IMG/VR virus record: IMGVR_UViG_3300011008_002721
Location: 3,495-67,494 of that record
Direction: 5' to 3' (one strand)
Length of the DNA stretch: 64,000 bases
Source: a virus
Taxonomy: Duplodnaviria > Caudoviricetes
Of this stretch, positions 1 to 12,400 are shown one piece after another (position 1 is the stretch's first letter; each line of letters starts with the position of its first letter). A program made the translations under genes and the position numbers. The notes under the pieces were generated by a model. It was not told where the DNA came from. It ran no database searches and worked only from the letters and a program-made list of their open reading frames with translations.

Positions 1-1
1 C

Positions 2-412
2 GCGGAACGTGCTGCCGCTGCTGCCCTCAACGATGCACGCATCAAGACGGAGACTTCCCGCCAGTCTGCCAATTACGCCCTTGCAGCCCAGAGACGCAGT
101 GGCGGAGCCTCCGGAACCGGAACCAGCAAAAAGTACACCCTGCAAATCGGTGATGAGACTAAGGAATACGGCTCTGTCACTGACTACAACCGCGATGTTG
201 AGGCGTATGCCGAGTATTACGGCATTGACTTGTACGTGACGGAAGGAACCGGGCGCAGGGCAAAGCAGAAGCGAAAGCCCACTGCACAACTCGCCGCGGA
301 GGTGGAGAAAGCCAGCGGTGTGAGGAAGGACGGGCCGAGGCCCGCCGATGATGACGAATGGGCAGGAGTTGACGGTGGGGATGCCGGCAGCGAATGGGAC
401 GGTGTAAAATAG
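2..412 (+). CDS. 3' end of a 5'-truncated protein, probably an internal virion protein
   Basis: Frame 2 is open from base 2 (AERAAAAALNDARIK...) to TAG at 410-412, 16 nt before the giant gene; function inferred from position only. Confidence 0.6.
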   Translation, partial: AERAAAAALNDARIKTETSRQSANYALAAQRRSGGASGTGTSKKYTLQIGDETKEYGSVTDYNRDVEAYAEYYGIDLYVTEGTGRRAKQKRKPTAQLAAEVEKASGVRKDGPRPADDDEWAGVDGGDAGSEWDGVK

Positions 413-428
413 AGAAGTAGAATAGACT

Positions 429-3400
429 ATGCCAAATCCGAAATACTATCAGATAACCCTTCCTTCTGGCTCAACGCAGATTTGGGATGAGGAAAAGGTA
501 ACACGCAACAAGAAATGGCTTGAGGATAAGAAAGCCACATCAGAGGAAGTGAACCAGTTTGAGGTTACACTTCCTTCCGGTGCTTCCCAGACATGGGACG
601 CTGACAAATACGGACGCAACATTGACTGGATCAATGAGCATCAAGCGTCTGTGCGTGGCAGTTTCCTCAAGGACCAGCAGCCGCAGGCCCAGCCCGCCGC
701 AGAGGTCAAGCCGGAGGAGTCGGCAGTTACTATGCCTCCCGTCTCCGAGCCGACGCAGCCCGTGACTGATGGAAAGAAGGAGACGAGACCCGCCGCTCCT
801 TCCTTCGGATTGAAGTTTGACCCGGAGCATCCGTGGCGTATCCAGAAACCCGGGTATGAGACCTCTCCCATGCCGGAGGAGTACCGTAACAAGCCCGCCG
901 CAGAGGAAGACCCGCTGGATAAGGGCTTCGACGATGAGCCGCAAGGCCCTACATGGGACCAGCGGCAGCAGGCAGGGAATCGCAAACAGGTCGCGCAACT
1001 GTCCGGACGGATTGATACTATGCTCAATGATGCCATCAGTGAATCCATGCGGCTCTATAGGAAGCAGCAGGAGGAAATGAGCAAGCAGGGCAACTGGTTT
1101 GAACGCCTTATCCGTTTCGTCGGAGAGAACTCCGGACGTGGCGGGGATCCAGGCGCACACATGATGCGTGACAACTATCTGGAATTCCACGGAGCCGGAG
1201 ACCGCGAGTTGTCGAGCAACATCAGTGCGCTTCATGCCGCAAAGAAGTCCATGACAACCGCCAAACGGATGATAGCCGAAGCGGACCACAACGCGCAGTC
1301 CGGAACGTTCGGGAAATGGCTTGAACAGTCTTTCGCCGGTGGTGCTGCCCGTGGATTCGGTCAGAAACTCTTTGATGTCAGCACTTGGGACATGGGCATG
1401 TCCGACTTGGAGAATGCCAGAGCGTTCATGGATGCCCTTAACGCCTTTGACAAAGGGCAGGAGTTGACCGAGGCCCAGCAACTCATGCTGGATGCCAAAG
1501 CCGTTGAACTTGCCACCAACGCATATTTCGGTTCTTATGTCGGCAGAGGTTACAAAGCCGGTGCCGTCACTGCCGAATCCATCCCCTTCATGTTGGAGAT
1601 GTGCATCAATCCGGCATCTTCCATAGGCGAAGCGGCCACCAGCAAGATGGCCCGCTATGCTATCAGCCGATTCGGGAAGCAAGCGGCAAAGTCTGCTGCG
1701 CACAAAGCAGCCCGGGCAGTTGGACGTGCCGGGGCTGACTTGGCTGGTGCTGCAATCATGTCCGCTACAACCGGAGCCGTTGGCGTAGCAGCAGACGCAA
1801 TGGAACGGATGAACGGTGAAGTGACCTTCGATGAAGATGTGAACGCACCGGGAGTTAGTGTCTTTGCAGGTCATGAGGAAGGCGAAGCCCCTGCCATTGC
1901 CATTGCCAAGGCATTTGGAAGCCGGACGATTGAGAACTACTCCGAGATGGTGGGTGAATACTTTGCCCCGGTCCTCGGAGCTGCTGGCCATGGTGTGCAG
2001 AAAGGGCTGGAGAAAATCGGGCTTGGCAATGTGTCGCAATTTATTGACGATGTGGCCGCATCTGATGTTGGCCGTCTCGTATCCGACTTTGAGCATAACG
2101 CCAAGTGGAACGGTGTCTTCGGTGAGTATGCCGAGGAAGTCGTGGGCAATATCATGAACGCCCTTACTGTCGGAGACCAGACGCTGGATGCAGCGGAAGG
2201 AACAGGCGTATTCAACCTTGACCAGAACATTGATACCTTCCTTGGTGTCGCTCTGATGGGCGGATTCATGTCCGGAATCAAGACTGCCGGATACCGTACA
2301 CCCAAGTACCGCACCCGCAAAGGACTTGAGCGGGCAGACAATGCCGCCGGCGCAGCCTTTGACGGTACGGACTGGTGGGAGGATATTCGCAACGGGATCC
2401 AGGCGAACCCTGACGTTGCACTGCACGATGTCCTCACGTCCGAGGCTCTCAACCCCGAGCAGCGCCGGGCAGCAATCGAATATGCCAAGGCATACCAAGA
2501 GTATGACGGTGTGTTGAAGGCCGAGGCAAAGCGTCGCACCGATGAGGCTGCGGACCCTCGCATGAATGACCTTGAGACTTCTTTCGACAACGGTTATGAG
2601 CTGGCATCCGAACAGGAGATGAACGATGCCCGGAACATGTACCAAGCCCAGAAGGCGAGACTGCAGCAGGCCCTCGGTGTTGATGACATCGACGAAACGC
2701 AGGCCCTCCAGCAGGATGACTTGCCCTATTCTGCCGAAGAAAAGCAGACCATCATGGACTATTTGAATGCCAAGGCAACGTATGATGGCATGATTCAGCG
2801 TGTCCGCGATGACATAGACAGTCGCATTGAGGCTGCGAACACGCAGATTGACCTCAACACCAACGCAACAACCGGGCGCATCCATTCCGCAGTAACCTCC
2901 GATGACCGCAAGGTGTATATCGTCGGTGGTAACGTGAAACTGTATGAGGACGGCACTATTGACCGCGAGACATCCGATAAGGACATCATCATCCGCGACC
3001 AAGAGACCGGGCAGAAGGAATTCTGGGACATCGGAATGCTCAAGAGCATTGAGGCCCCTATCGACCCCGTGGACGAAAAGAACGCCGCCGCTGCCTCCGT
3101 GCGCGAGCAGGTTGCACGGCAGGCCGCTGACAAGATGGACGGTCGCTTGCATTTCCAGATGGGTGATGTCTATACCCTCACCACTCCGGACGGCAGTTCC
3201 TTCCCTGTGCAGATTACTGCCAACGAGCAGGGCATCATTGACAACGGTGACGGCACTGTGAACGTCATCCTCAACGGCGCGACGGTTGACGGCCAGCCCG
3301 TCATCTCCCAGATGCCGAAGGAGCAGATTCAGCAGATGTCAGACGCGACCAACCTCGGACGGCTTGCCGCCTACCAGCAGCAGAAGGCCGCAGAGGAAGC

Positions 3401-6400
3401 CGCGAAGCCTGCCTACGTCCTTGATGATGTCCTGACCCTTGACGTGGACGGGACCCCGGTAAGAGGCTCCATCACTGCCGATGCCGACGCAGATGGACGT
3501 TATGAGGTTTATACGGAGGCTCCGATTGACGGAAAGAAGGTCAATCTGTTCACCCGTGAGCAGCTTGACGAGATGGTATCCGAGAAGAACGGTGAGACCG
3601 TCATGAGAACAGAAATGCCCGTTTCTGGCACAGAAAACGCCACTTCTGGCACAGTTTCGCCCGAAAATAGCACGGTTCAGCCGGAAAATGGAACACCAGC
3701 CGCCCCTTCCGATGGCACGGCCCTTTCCCGCATCCCCGTGGATGAGAACAATGTGCCGCAATTTGAGCAGGCTCCGCTGAATGATGGCTGGGCCGCTCTC
3801 ATTGAGTTGAACGATGGCAACGAGCAGGACGCCGTGGATATGGCAAACGACATGGTTGCCAATGCCGAGGCGGAACTCCAGAAGGCACAGAAGCAGAAGC
3901 CAAAAGGTACAAACCCTCTTGAGATAAAGGCAAGCCGTGACGAAATCCGCAAGGCCGTTGCTGCTGCCCAGAAGAAAGTCAACTTCTGGAAGCAGATTGC
4001 AGGCTATCCGGAGACGCTCCGCAAGGAGGTGGAAGCCGAGGCCCGCCGACAGAAGCGTGCAAGGCTTGCAGAGGCCCGGAAGATTCAACGCGAGCAGGGT
4101 CGGTTCGGTAAAGAAGACAGAGTTCTGGGAGACGCGCTCTCCTTTGAGGAGTATGTGATGCGCACCATTGCCAACGGTGCTATCCGCTTCAAGTGGGGCA
4201 ACGACCCGAACAATGCCGCTATCAAGGGACTTGGTTCGCACCTTGGCTTTACCGACAACCCTGCGGAGCGTAACCAGCGCATCTGGATGCTGAGCAATGC
4301 CGAAGGTCTGTATCCGGAAGCAGCCGCAGAGGAATTACTCCAGGGCTACGCCGAGCATCTTGGCGTGGATGAAGTGCCCGGCATGGACACGATGGATGCT
4401 TTCAGCACTCTGTTGGATGTTCTGCTCTCCTATGGTTCCTCCCGGGCCATGTTCGATGCCGCGAAGGAACTGCACCAGAAGAATGACCCGAACTTCCTTG
4501 AGGCAAAGCAGGCCGAGATGGCCGCTGCTATGGAAGAGGAGGAGGCGAACTCTTCAAATACTGATACGATTGACAAGGCAATAGCTAATGCTGCGGCTTC
4601 GCTTTCGGAAGATGAGAGCGAGAGCCACGTTGCTGCGATGGAATCTATGGCGGTACAGGCACCCACGGAGGAATTCACCAGAGAGAACTATGATGCTTTA
4701 TTCCCGAATGGTCGGGTTGATACTCCCATCGGAACAATCAAACTTGGTGAAAAACAGTTCGAGAAATTGAACAGTAAAGGCAGGCAGGCACAACTCGGAA
4801 TGATGTCTGAAACGCTTCGCGACCCGGATGTTATTCTCTATGAGGAAGACCTTGCCGCACCAGAGGATGTAGAAAGAAGCGGGGTTCTGTTGTTTATCAA
4901 GACCTTCACGAAAGAAGACGGAAGCAAGTACACCAACTTTGAGAGTGTGACTATAAGACGTGATGGGGAAGAAATCATCATCAGTAATCACATTCTTGGC
5001 AGAAATGCGTACAAAGGGAAGTTGGAAAGCGACCAGATAGTGTACAAAAAAGCATCAGGCAATAGTTCTGAAGGGCACTTAACTAAACAGGACGAACCTG
5101 TGCCGGACCTTGTTCCTACGCAGCCTGATGCTTTCTCTGAGAGCAAAGGTAGCGAAATTTCCGGAGAAAACAATACTCCCGCTGAAAATCCGACAGTTGA
5201 AGCGATCCAGGCGGCACGCGAGGAAGTGAACACCGAACCGACCGATGCCCAGAAGGAAGCAGGCAACTACAAGAAAGGCCATGTAAAGATTGACGGTTAC
5301 GACATATCCATCGAGAACCCGAAAGGCTCCGTCCGGCGCGGTACTTCCCCCGACGGTACGCAGTGGGAGACACAGATGAACAATGACTATGGCTACATCC
5401 GTTCCACCGAGGGCGTTGACGGAGACCATATCGACGTGTACCTGTCCGACAACCCCTCGGAAGGGAACGTGTATGTCATAGACCAGGTGGACCCTAACAC
5501 CGGAGAATTTGATGAGCACAAGGTGATGTACGGTTTCCCGGATGAAGAATCCGCCAGTGCGGCCTATCTCGCCAACTACGAGGACGGCTGGCAGGGACTT
5601 GGAGCCATCACCGGAGTATCGAAGGATGAGTTCAAGAAATGGGTTGACAGCTCCCACCGCAAGACGAAGCCCTTTGCGGAATACAAGAGCGTAAAGCCCG
5701 TTGATGCTGACATCAAATCGGTAGCTGATGAGGATGCCGAGAAGCAGGAATATGTCCGTGCCGTTCTGGCTTTGGATGACAGTGTGAATGCTGGGGACGT
5801 GTTCACGAATGACAACGGTGGGACCATCCGCATCATTGAGAAAAAGCCAAAACACCAGGGATACATGGTAGAAATCAACACGCCTGCTTTCGCTGGGACT
5901 GTTGAGAACACCCCGGCAGAATTGTACCGCCGCATCAATGAGGAAGGGTACAGGAAGCAGGAGAGCACTCCGGAGCCGCCGACAACCCCGAAGGGGCCGA
6001 AACGTATCAACGTGGAAAGTCTTCTCGGTGCTCTGTCGCAGAACGGTGAAGCGAAGCTGTCCGACCATGTGGAGGAGGAGACACCGGAGACCAGCACCGA
6101 TTCCGTAACCATTGAACCTGCACAGTACACCAGAAAGGACGGTAAGACCATTGACATGTTCCGTGTCAATCCCGGCCGAGAACTTTCCCACGAGGAATGG
6201 AGTGCGGTTTCCAAGTTCCTCAAGGAGAAACGAGGCTGGAAAGACCGCGAGAATGGCGGTTTCATGGTACGCAGCGAGGAAGATGCCCGTGCGCTTGCGG
6301 ACCTTGTGAGTGACGATAAGGCCATGAATGAGGCTCGCCCGGTCTCACTGTCCGATATGCAGCAACTTGGCTCCGTCTCCATCGAGACATCCGATGTCGA

Positions 6401-9400
6401 AGCACCGAAGGAAGAACAGAAGGAGCCGGTATGGAAATATGAACTGACCTCGGTTGAGGGAGGGCGCACGTACCTATCCCGCTCGCAGGTCATGCCGGAC
6501 GGTACGGAAATCTATGACGGCCACTTCGATGTCCGCGCAGACAATCCGGAAGAACTGAAAGGCATTCTCCAGAACAACGGGCTGTATGACACGTTGTCAG
6601 ATTTTGACAAACAGATGCTGGAGCGCAAGATTGAGCACTGGCAGTTCCGTCAGCGGGTGCAGAACGAGGGAATCAACGGACTTCGCCTCGGTGATAAGGT
6701 GACATACAAGGGCAAGGAGGCTACCGTGTACGACTTTGAGGAGTACGGAGACAACTGCCCTGTGCTTGATACCGGGCTTGCCCCCGTCATGTACGAGATT
6801 GCAGAGAGTTGGGATGCCGTGCAGAAAGTTGAAGCCCCTGCGGCCACTCCTGCAGCAGAGGAGCAGCCAGGCGAAACCCAGCCTGAGCGTCCCGTGAATC
6901 CTTCCGGCAACAAACTCGTTACGGATGAACGCTATGCCGAACTCCGTCTCAAGATGATGCAGAAACTCAAGGGCCAGATGAATATGGGCATTGACCCGGA
7001 GATTCTTGCCATTGGAACGGAAATGGCCGTTTACCACATCGAGAAGGGCGCACGCAAATTCGTTGAGTATGCCAAGGCCATGATTGCCGACCTCTCCGAC
7101 GCTATCCGGCCTTACCTCAAGGCATTCTACAACGGAGCGCGTGACCTTCCCGAAATGCAGGAATCCGGCCTTGCTGCCGAAATGGATTCCTATGCCGACG
7201 TGCAGGCTGTGGATGTGGCGAACTTCGATAAGGAGAGAGCCAACGTCCTTGACACTGTTGCCGCCATTGAGAAGGAGGTCGAAGTGGCAGAGCAGGCCCA
7301 GCAGGGAGCCGAAAAGCTCCAGAAGGTACGCAACACCGTTGCAAACGATGTTCCGGCATCTGAACTGGAAGCACGCCGGAAATTCTCCCGCAGTGTCGCT
7401 ACTGAAATGATTGAGGCCGTTTCCACCGGGAAGCGTCCGTTTGAAAGCATTGTTGACCTCCGCAAGCTGGCAGAGAAGTGCGGAATGACCCTTGATAAAC
7501 TTGGTTCCTCCGACATTCTGTTACAGGAACTGGTCGAGGACGGTCTTGTGACCGCAGCCCGTGACATCATCGAGAGCAGGCGTTACGGAGGCAACAAATC
7601 CCGCGACGCATACGATGCCATCGTGCAACTCTATGAGATGCAGCCCAGCATCAACCAGCGCAGCTCTAACCGTATCAAGATGCAGCAGTATTCTACGCCG
7701 CTGCCGATGGCCTTTGTGGCTGACATGTTCGCCTTCCATCCCGGCCGCACCGGCTCCGTCCTTGAGCCAACCGCCGGAAATGGGATGCTGGTGTTCGCTA
7801 TCCCGGCAGAGCGTGTCCATGCCAACGAACTGGATGAAACACGCCTTGCCAATCTGCGCGAGCAGGGATTCCGCGAGGTGACTTCGCAGGACGGCGCACT
7901 GCCCTTTGAGGGAGAGTATGACGCAGTGATTGCCAATCCTCCTTTCGGCAGCGCAGAGGCCAAGGAATACGACGGTGTGAGCATATCGGGCCTGGATCCC
8001 CAGATTGCTTTGAACGCCTTGGCCAGCATGAGCGATACCGGAAAGGCCGCAATCATTGTAGGAGGGAACTTGGAATATGCGGCCAACGGCTCCATAAAGG
8101 GTGGTAAGAAAGCATTCTTCTCATACCTGTACGACCACTACAACGTAAAGGGCATCGTGGATATGTCCGGAGACCTGTACAAAAAGCAGGGTACGAAGTT
8201 CCCCACGATGATGATTCTTATTGATGGCCGCAGAAGCGAGGAGGAGCGTGCGCAGACGAAGGTCTATCCTCCTGTCAAAACTGCCGCTATTGCTAAAGTA
8301 AATAATTTTGACGAACTTTACGACACCATTGTAAGTGTCCTCCAATCAAATCAAAAGACAAATGGATACGAAACTGTACGCACCCAAGAATTGGGGTTGT
8401 TTGACAATCACAGACCATCCGGGGAATCTGCGCCGGACGGACATCGTGTGGAATCTCATGAGAATGATTCTGATGTCAGACAACGACCTGAGCGCGGAGG
8501 AAGCGATAGACCTTCTGGACGAAATGGAGGAACAGGAGTTCAGCGCACTTCGCAACAGAGCGGAGGCCGAACTCCAGGAGCCGCAGATGCAGGCGTATCT
8601 GGAACGCAAGCAAATCAGCCCGGGAATGCCCCTGCATCCGACAACGCTGGACGAAGTGACGGAGACACTCAACGAGTGGCCGATGGAAGCGTTTCTTCGT
8701 CTGGAACTCCCGGACGCGGAGTGGGAGTAGCCCAATCGAGCCAGCCCAAAGAAGAAAGAAAACTGACTGATGAGAAGTTGCACTATGTGCAGCACTCATC
8801 TGCATTCAGCCTTGAATCCGTCGCGCCTGCTGCTATGGTAGAAGCGATGGATGCCACCCTCGGCAAGATTGAAACCAAGTATGGCATGTCCATAGACGAA
8901 TTCGTAACCGATGAACTCGGGTATGATTCCGTTGAGGCCATGCACAACGCCCTTGCAGCAGAGCAGGTGGATTCCGTCGCAATGGCAATCGACCAGATGA
9001 AGCAGGGGCAGGCCCTTGTCATCGGTGACCAGACTGGCGTAGGCAAAGGCCGTCAGATGGCGGCACTCATCCGATGGGCAACACGTCAAGGAAAGCAGCC
9101 CATCTTTGTCACCCAGAAAGCGACCCTGTTCACAGACATATACCGTGACCTCGTGGATATAGGCAGCGGGGACCTCAATCCGTTCATCTTCAACGATGAC
9201 GGCGCAATGCTTGATGCCCTTGGCAAGACGGTTTACAAGCCTCTCGGCCACGATAGTGAGAAGTTCAAGGAGATTATGCAGTCCGGCGAACTTCCTCCGG
9301 AGTACGACTTTGCAGTTCTGACCTATTCGCAGGTCAATACTGGTGATGCCGCTTCGGCAGAGATGGCGTACAACGAGAAGAAAAAGAACGGAGCCAGAGC

Positions 9401-12400
9401 GGGCAAGCCAAAGAATATCCGTTCTAATCCAAAGGCGGACTTCCTTCGCGCGATTGCCAAGGATAACTATCTGTTCCTTGATGAGAGCCACACTGCCGCT
9501 GGTGAATCCAAATCCGGATATTATCTCCAGAGCCTTGTGAAAGATGCAGCAGCCGTGACCTTCGCTTCTGCGACCTTTGCAAAGCGTCCGGACACGATGC
9601 CCCTTTATGCCCTGCGCACTGCCATGAGCAAGGCACAACTCGGAGAGGGAAAGAGCCTTATCGGCATCATCAAGCGAGGCGGCGTGACCTTGCAGGAGAT
9701 TATGTCCCGGGCACTGACATCTGCCGGGCAGATGGTAAGACGTGAGCGCGACATGTTCGATGTTCAGACGGACTGGGAGACCGTAACCGACCCGGAGACG
9801 GTACGCAAGGCCCGCGAGAATTACGATAAAACCATTGAAGCGTTCAACGACATCATCAATTTCCAGACGCGGTATGTCACTCCAATGATTGATGCTCTGT
9901 CCGGAGCAATGGCACTCACTGGCAGTTCCGCAAAGCATAAGCAGGGGACGAAGAAAATGGGCATTGACAATGTTCCTTTCGCTTCGAAGACCTACAACTA
10001 CACCAAGCAACTTATGCTGGCGCTCAAGACCGATGCCATTGTTGACCGCGTGGCGAAGGAGATCCAGGAAGGCCGTCACCCCGTCATCGCTCTGGAAAGC
10101 ACGATGGAAGCCTTGCTCAAGGATTATGCGCCCGGCGAAGTGATTGACAATCCTACCTTCGCGGCGAGCCTCCTTCGCGGTCTTGATACCGTCCTCCAGT
10201 ACACTGTGACCGATGAGAACGGCAAGGAGACACACCGCAGGTATTCCCCTGCCGAATTGGGCGAGGAAGGAGAAAGGGCTTACTACGAACTCCGCGACAA
10301 AATCACGGAGGCGACGAGCGGCATCTTCATCAGCCCGCTTGATGCCATCATCCAAGGACTGCAGGCGAAGGGATTCCGCGTGGGTGAACTCACCGGACGA
10401 AGCCTTTGCACTGGCACGGATGCGAAGGGACGCACTGTCGTGAGAAAAAGAACGGACACCGACAAACTGAAACTCCAGATGGACTTCAATAGCGGTGCCT
10501 TGGATGTTCTCATCCTCAACAAATCCGCCTCAACGGGTATTTCACTGCACGCTTCAAAGAAGTTCAAGGACCAGCGTCAGCGGTCAATGATTATTGCCCA
10601 GCCGCTATCCGACATCAACGACTACATGCAGATGATTGGCCGTATTGACCGCACTGGGCAGGTTTCCCGCGGTTACTACATAAATCTCGCATTGCCGGTG
10701 CCGGCAGAGCAACGGTTCAATATGATGCTCTCCACCAAGTTGAAGTCTCTGAATGCGAATACTACCACTTCGCAGGACAATGAGAGCAGTAGCGTTGAGG
10801 CTCCGGACCTCCTCAACAAGTACGGCAGTCAGGTTGTCGTGGAATACCTCCGCGACAATCCGGACATCTACCGCAAACTCGGCTCCCCGCTCAAGGATGC
10901 AAAAGGGAAAGTGACCGCTGCGGAATTGGATGAGTACAAGGCTGGCGAGGAAGATGCCCGCAAGATTACCGGATACGTTGCGTTGCTTTCCACCAAGGAG
11001 CAGCAGGACTTCTACGATGATGTCATTCGCAGGTACAACGACCTCATTAACTACCTCAACGAGACAGGTACGAACGACCTGCGCATCACCGTCATGCCCT
11101 TGCAGGCAAAGACCATTCAGAAGACCGTTTCTTCCGAAGGAACGGAGCCGGACGGAGACAACCCGTTCGCCCAGAACGCCTTTGTAGAGAAGGTGGAAAT
11201 GAACGTATTGAGCAAACCGATGTCTGCCGACGAAATCCGCAAGGCCATCAAGAAACTCAATGGCGACAAATCCGGCTCCGACCGACGGAAGGAAATCCTC
11301 AAGCAGCTCCACGACGAGTCCGAAGCTAAACTCAAGTCCGAGGATGAGCGCTACGAAGCCGCCAAGGCGAAGGCGGAGGAGGATATTGCCAAGCGAACTG
11401 CCCTCGTTATGGCAAAGGATAAGATGACCGATGAGGAAAAGCAGGCGGCTATCGAGAAGTTCTCTGCCAGCATCCGTGAGAAGGCCGAGACGGCCCACGA
11501 TGACAACAAAAAGAAGTACATCGCTTCTGCCAATGCTCTGTATCATCGTATGATGTATTTTGACGTAGGCGGCACCTACCTCATTGCAGACAACCTTGGC
11601 AATGGCGGTCAGTCTCTGTTCTCATCCCCGGCAATCTTCTGCGGCTTCAAGGTGAAGGAATCCAAGATTACGGCCTCAACCACTATCGCGGTCTTCGCTC
11701 CGCTCGACGGGCGCCGGCGCATTGAGGTCAAGTTGTCGGACATGACTTCCTGCAACCAAATCAAGGATTTGACGGACCTGAACTACGATGTGGCCCAGCA
11801 GACCAAACTGGAAAACTGGGATGCCCAGATACCTAATGAGACCCGGAAGGAAGGTTTTATCCTCACCGGAAACATCCTGCAAGCCATTGCGGACACTTCC
11901 GATGAGATGGGCAACTATACCGGACAGCTCGTTTCTTTCACTGACGATGAGGGTAACGTGCGTGACGGCATCCTGATGCCGGACCAGTGGACCCCCGCTC
12001 TCCTTCCGAGTGCAGGTGTTCCCATCAACGCGCGTTCGGCAGAGATTGAACAGGGCCGTTCCTTCACCAGTACAGACGGAAATGTCTCCATCCAGACGGG
12101 GTATTTCCGTTCTGCCGGGCAACCGATGTACTATTACCTTTCCGTTCCCAAGAGCAAGGCGAAGGGTGGCAAATTCTTCCTCAGCGATGAATTGCTTTCG
12201 CTGCTGCATGGAGGAGAATTTACGACCCGCTCCGGAAAGATGCAGGCTACCATCTTCCCGGATAACCTCAAGCCTGTGCTCAATTTCCTTGCACAGATGG
12301 GCGTGAGGGTTGCTGACACCACCGCAAAGGGCAAGGGCGAGGAAACCCGCAGATTCCGCGACGGCGAAGCCTCCGAGGGGATTCGCTTCCGCGATGCTTT

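Noticed and set aside
540-3152. 870-aa minus-strand ORF, and similar long antisense ORFs (8796-10355, 15360-17627, 26291-28441, 28622-30274)
   Set aside because: Codon-aligned shadows of strongly biased + strand genes; V/L/G/R-rich translations with no recognisable motifs
4698-4991. 97-aa antisense ORF downstream of the antisense promoter
   Set aside because: No protein-like features, and it lies beyond the predicted U-tract end of the small RNA
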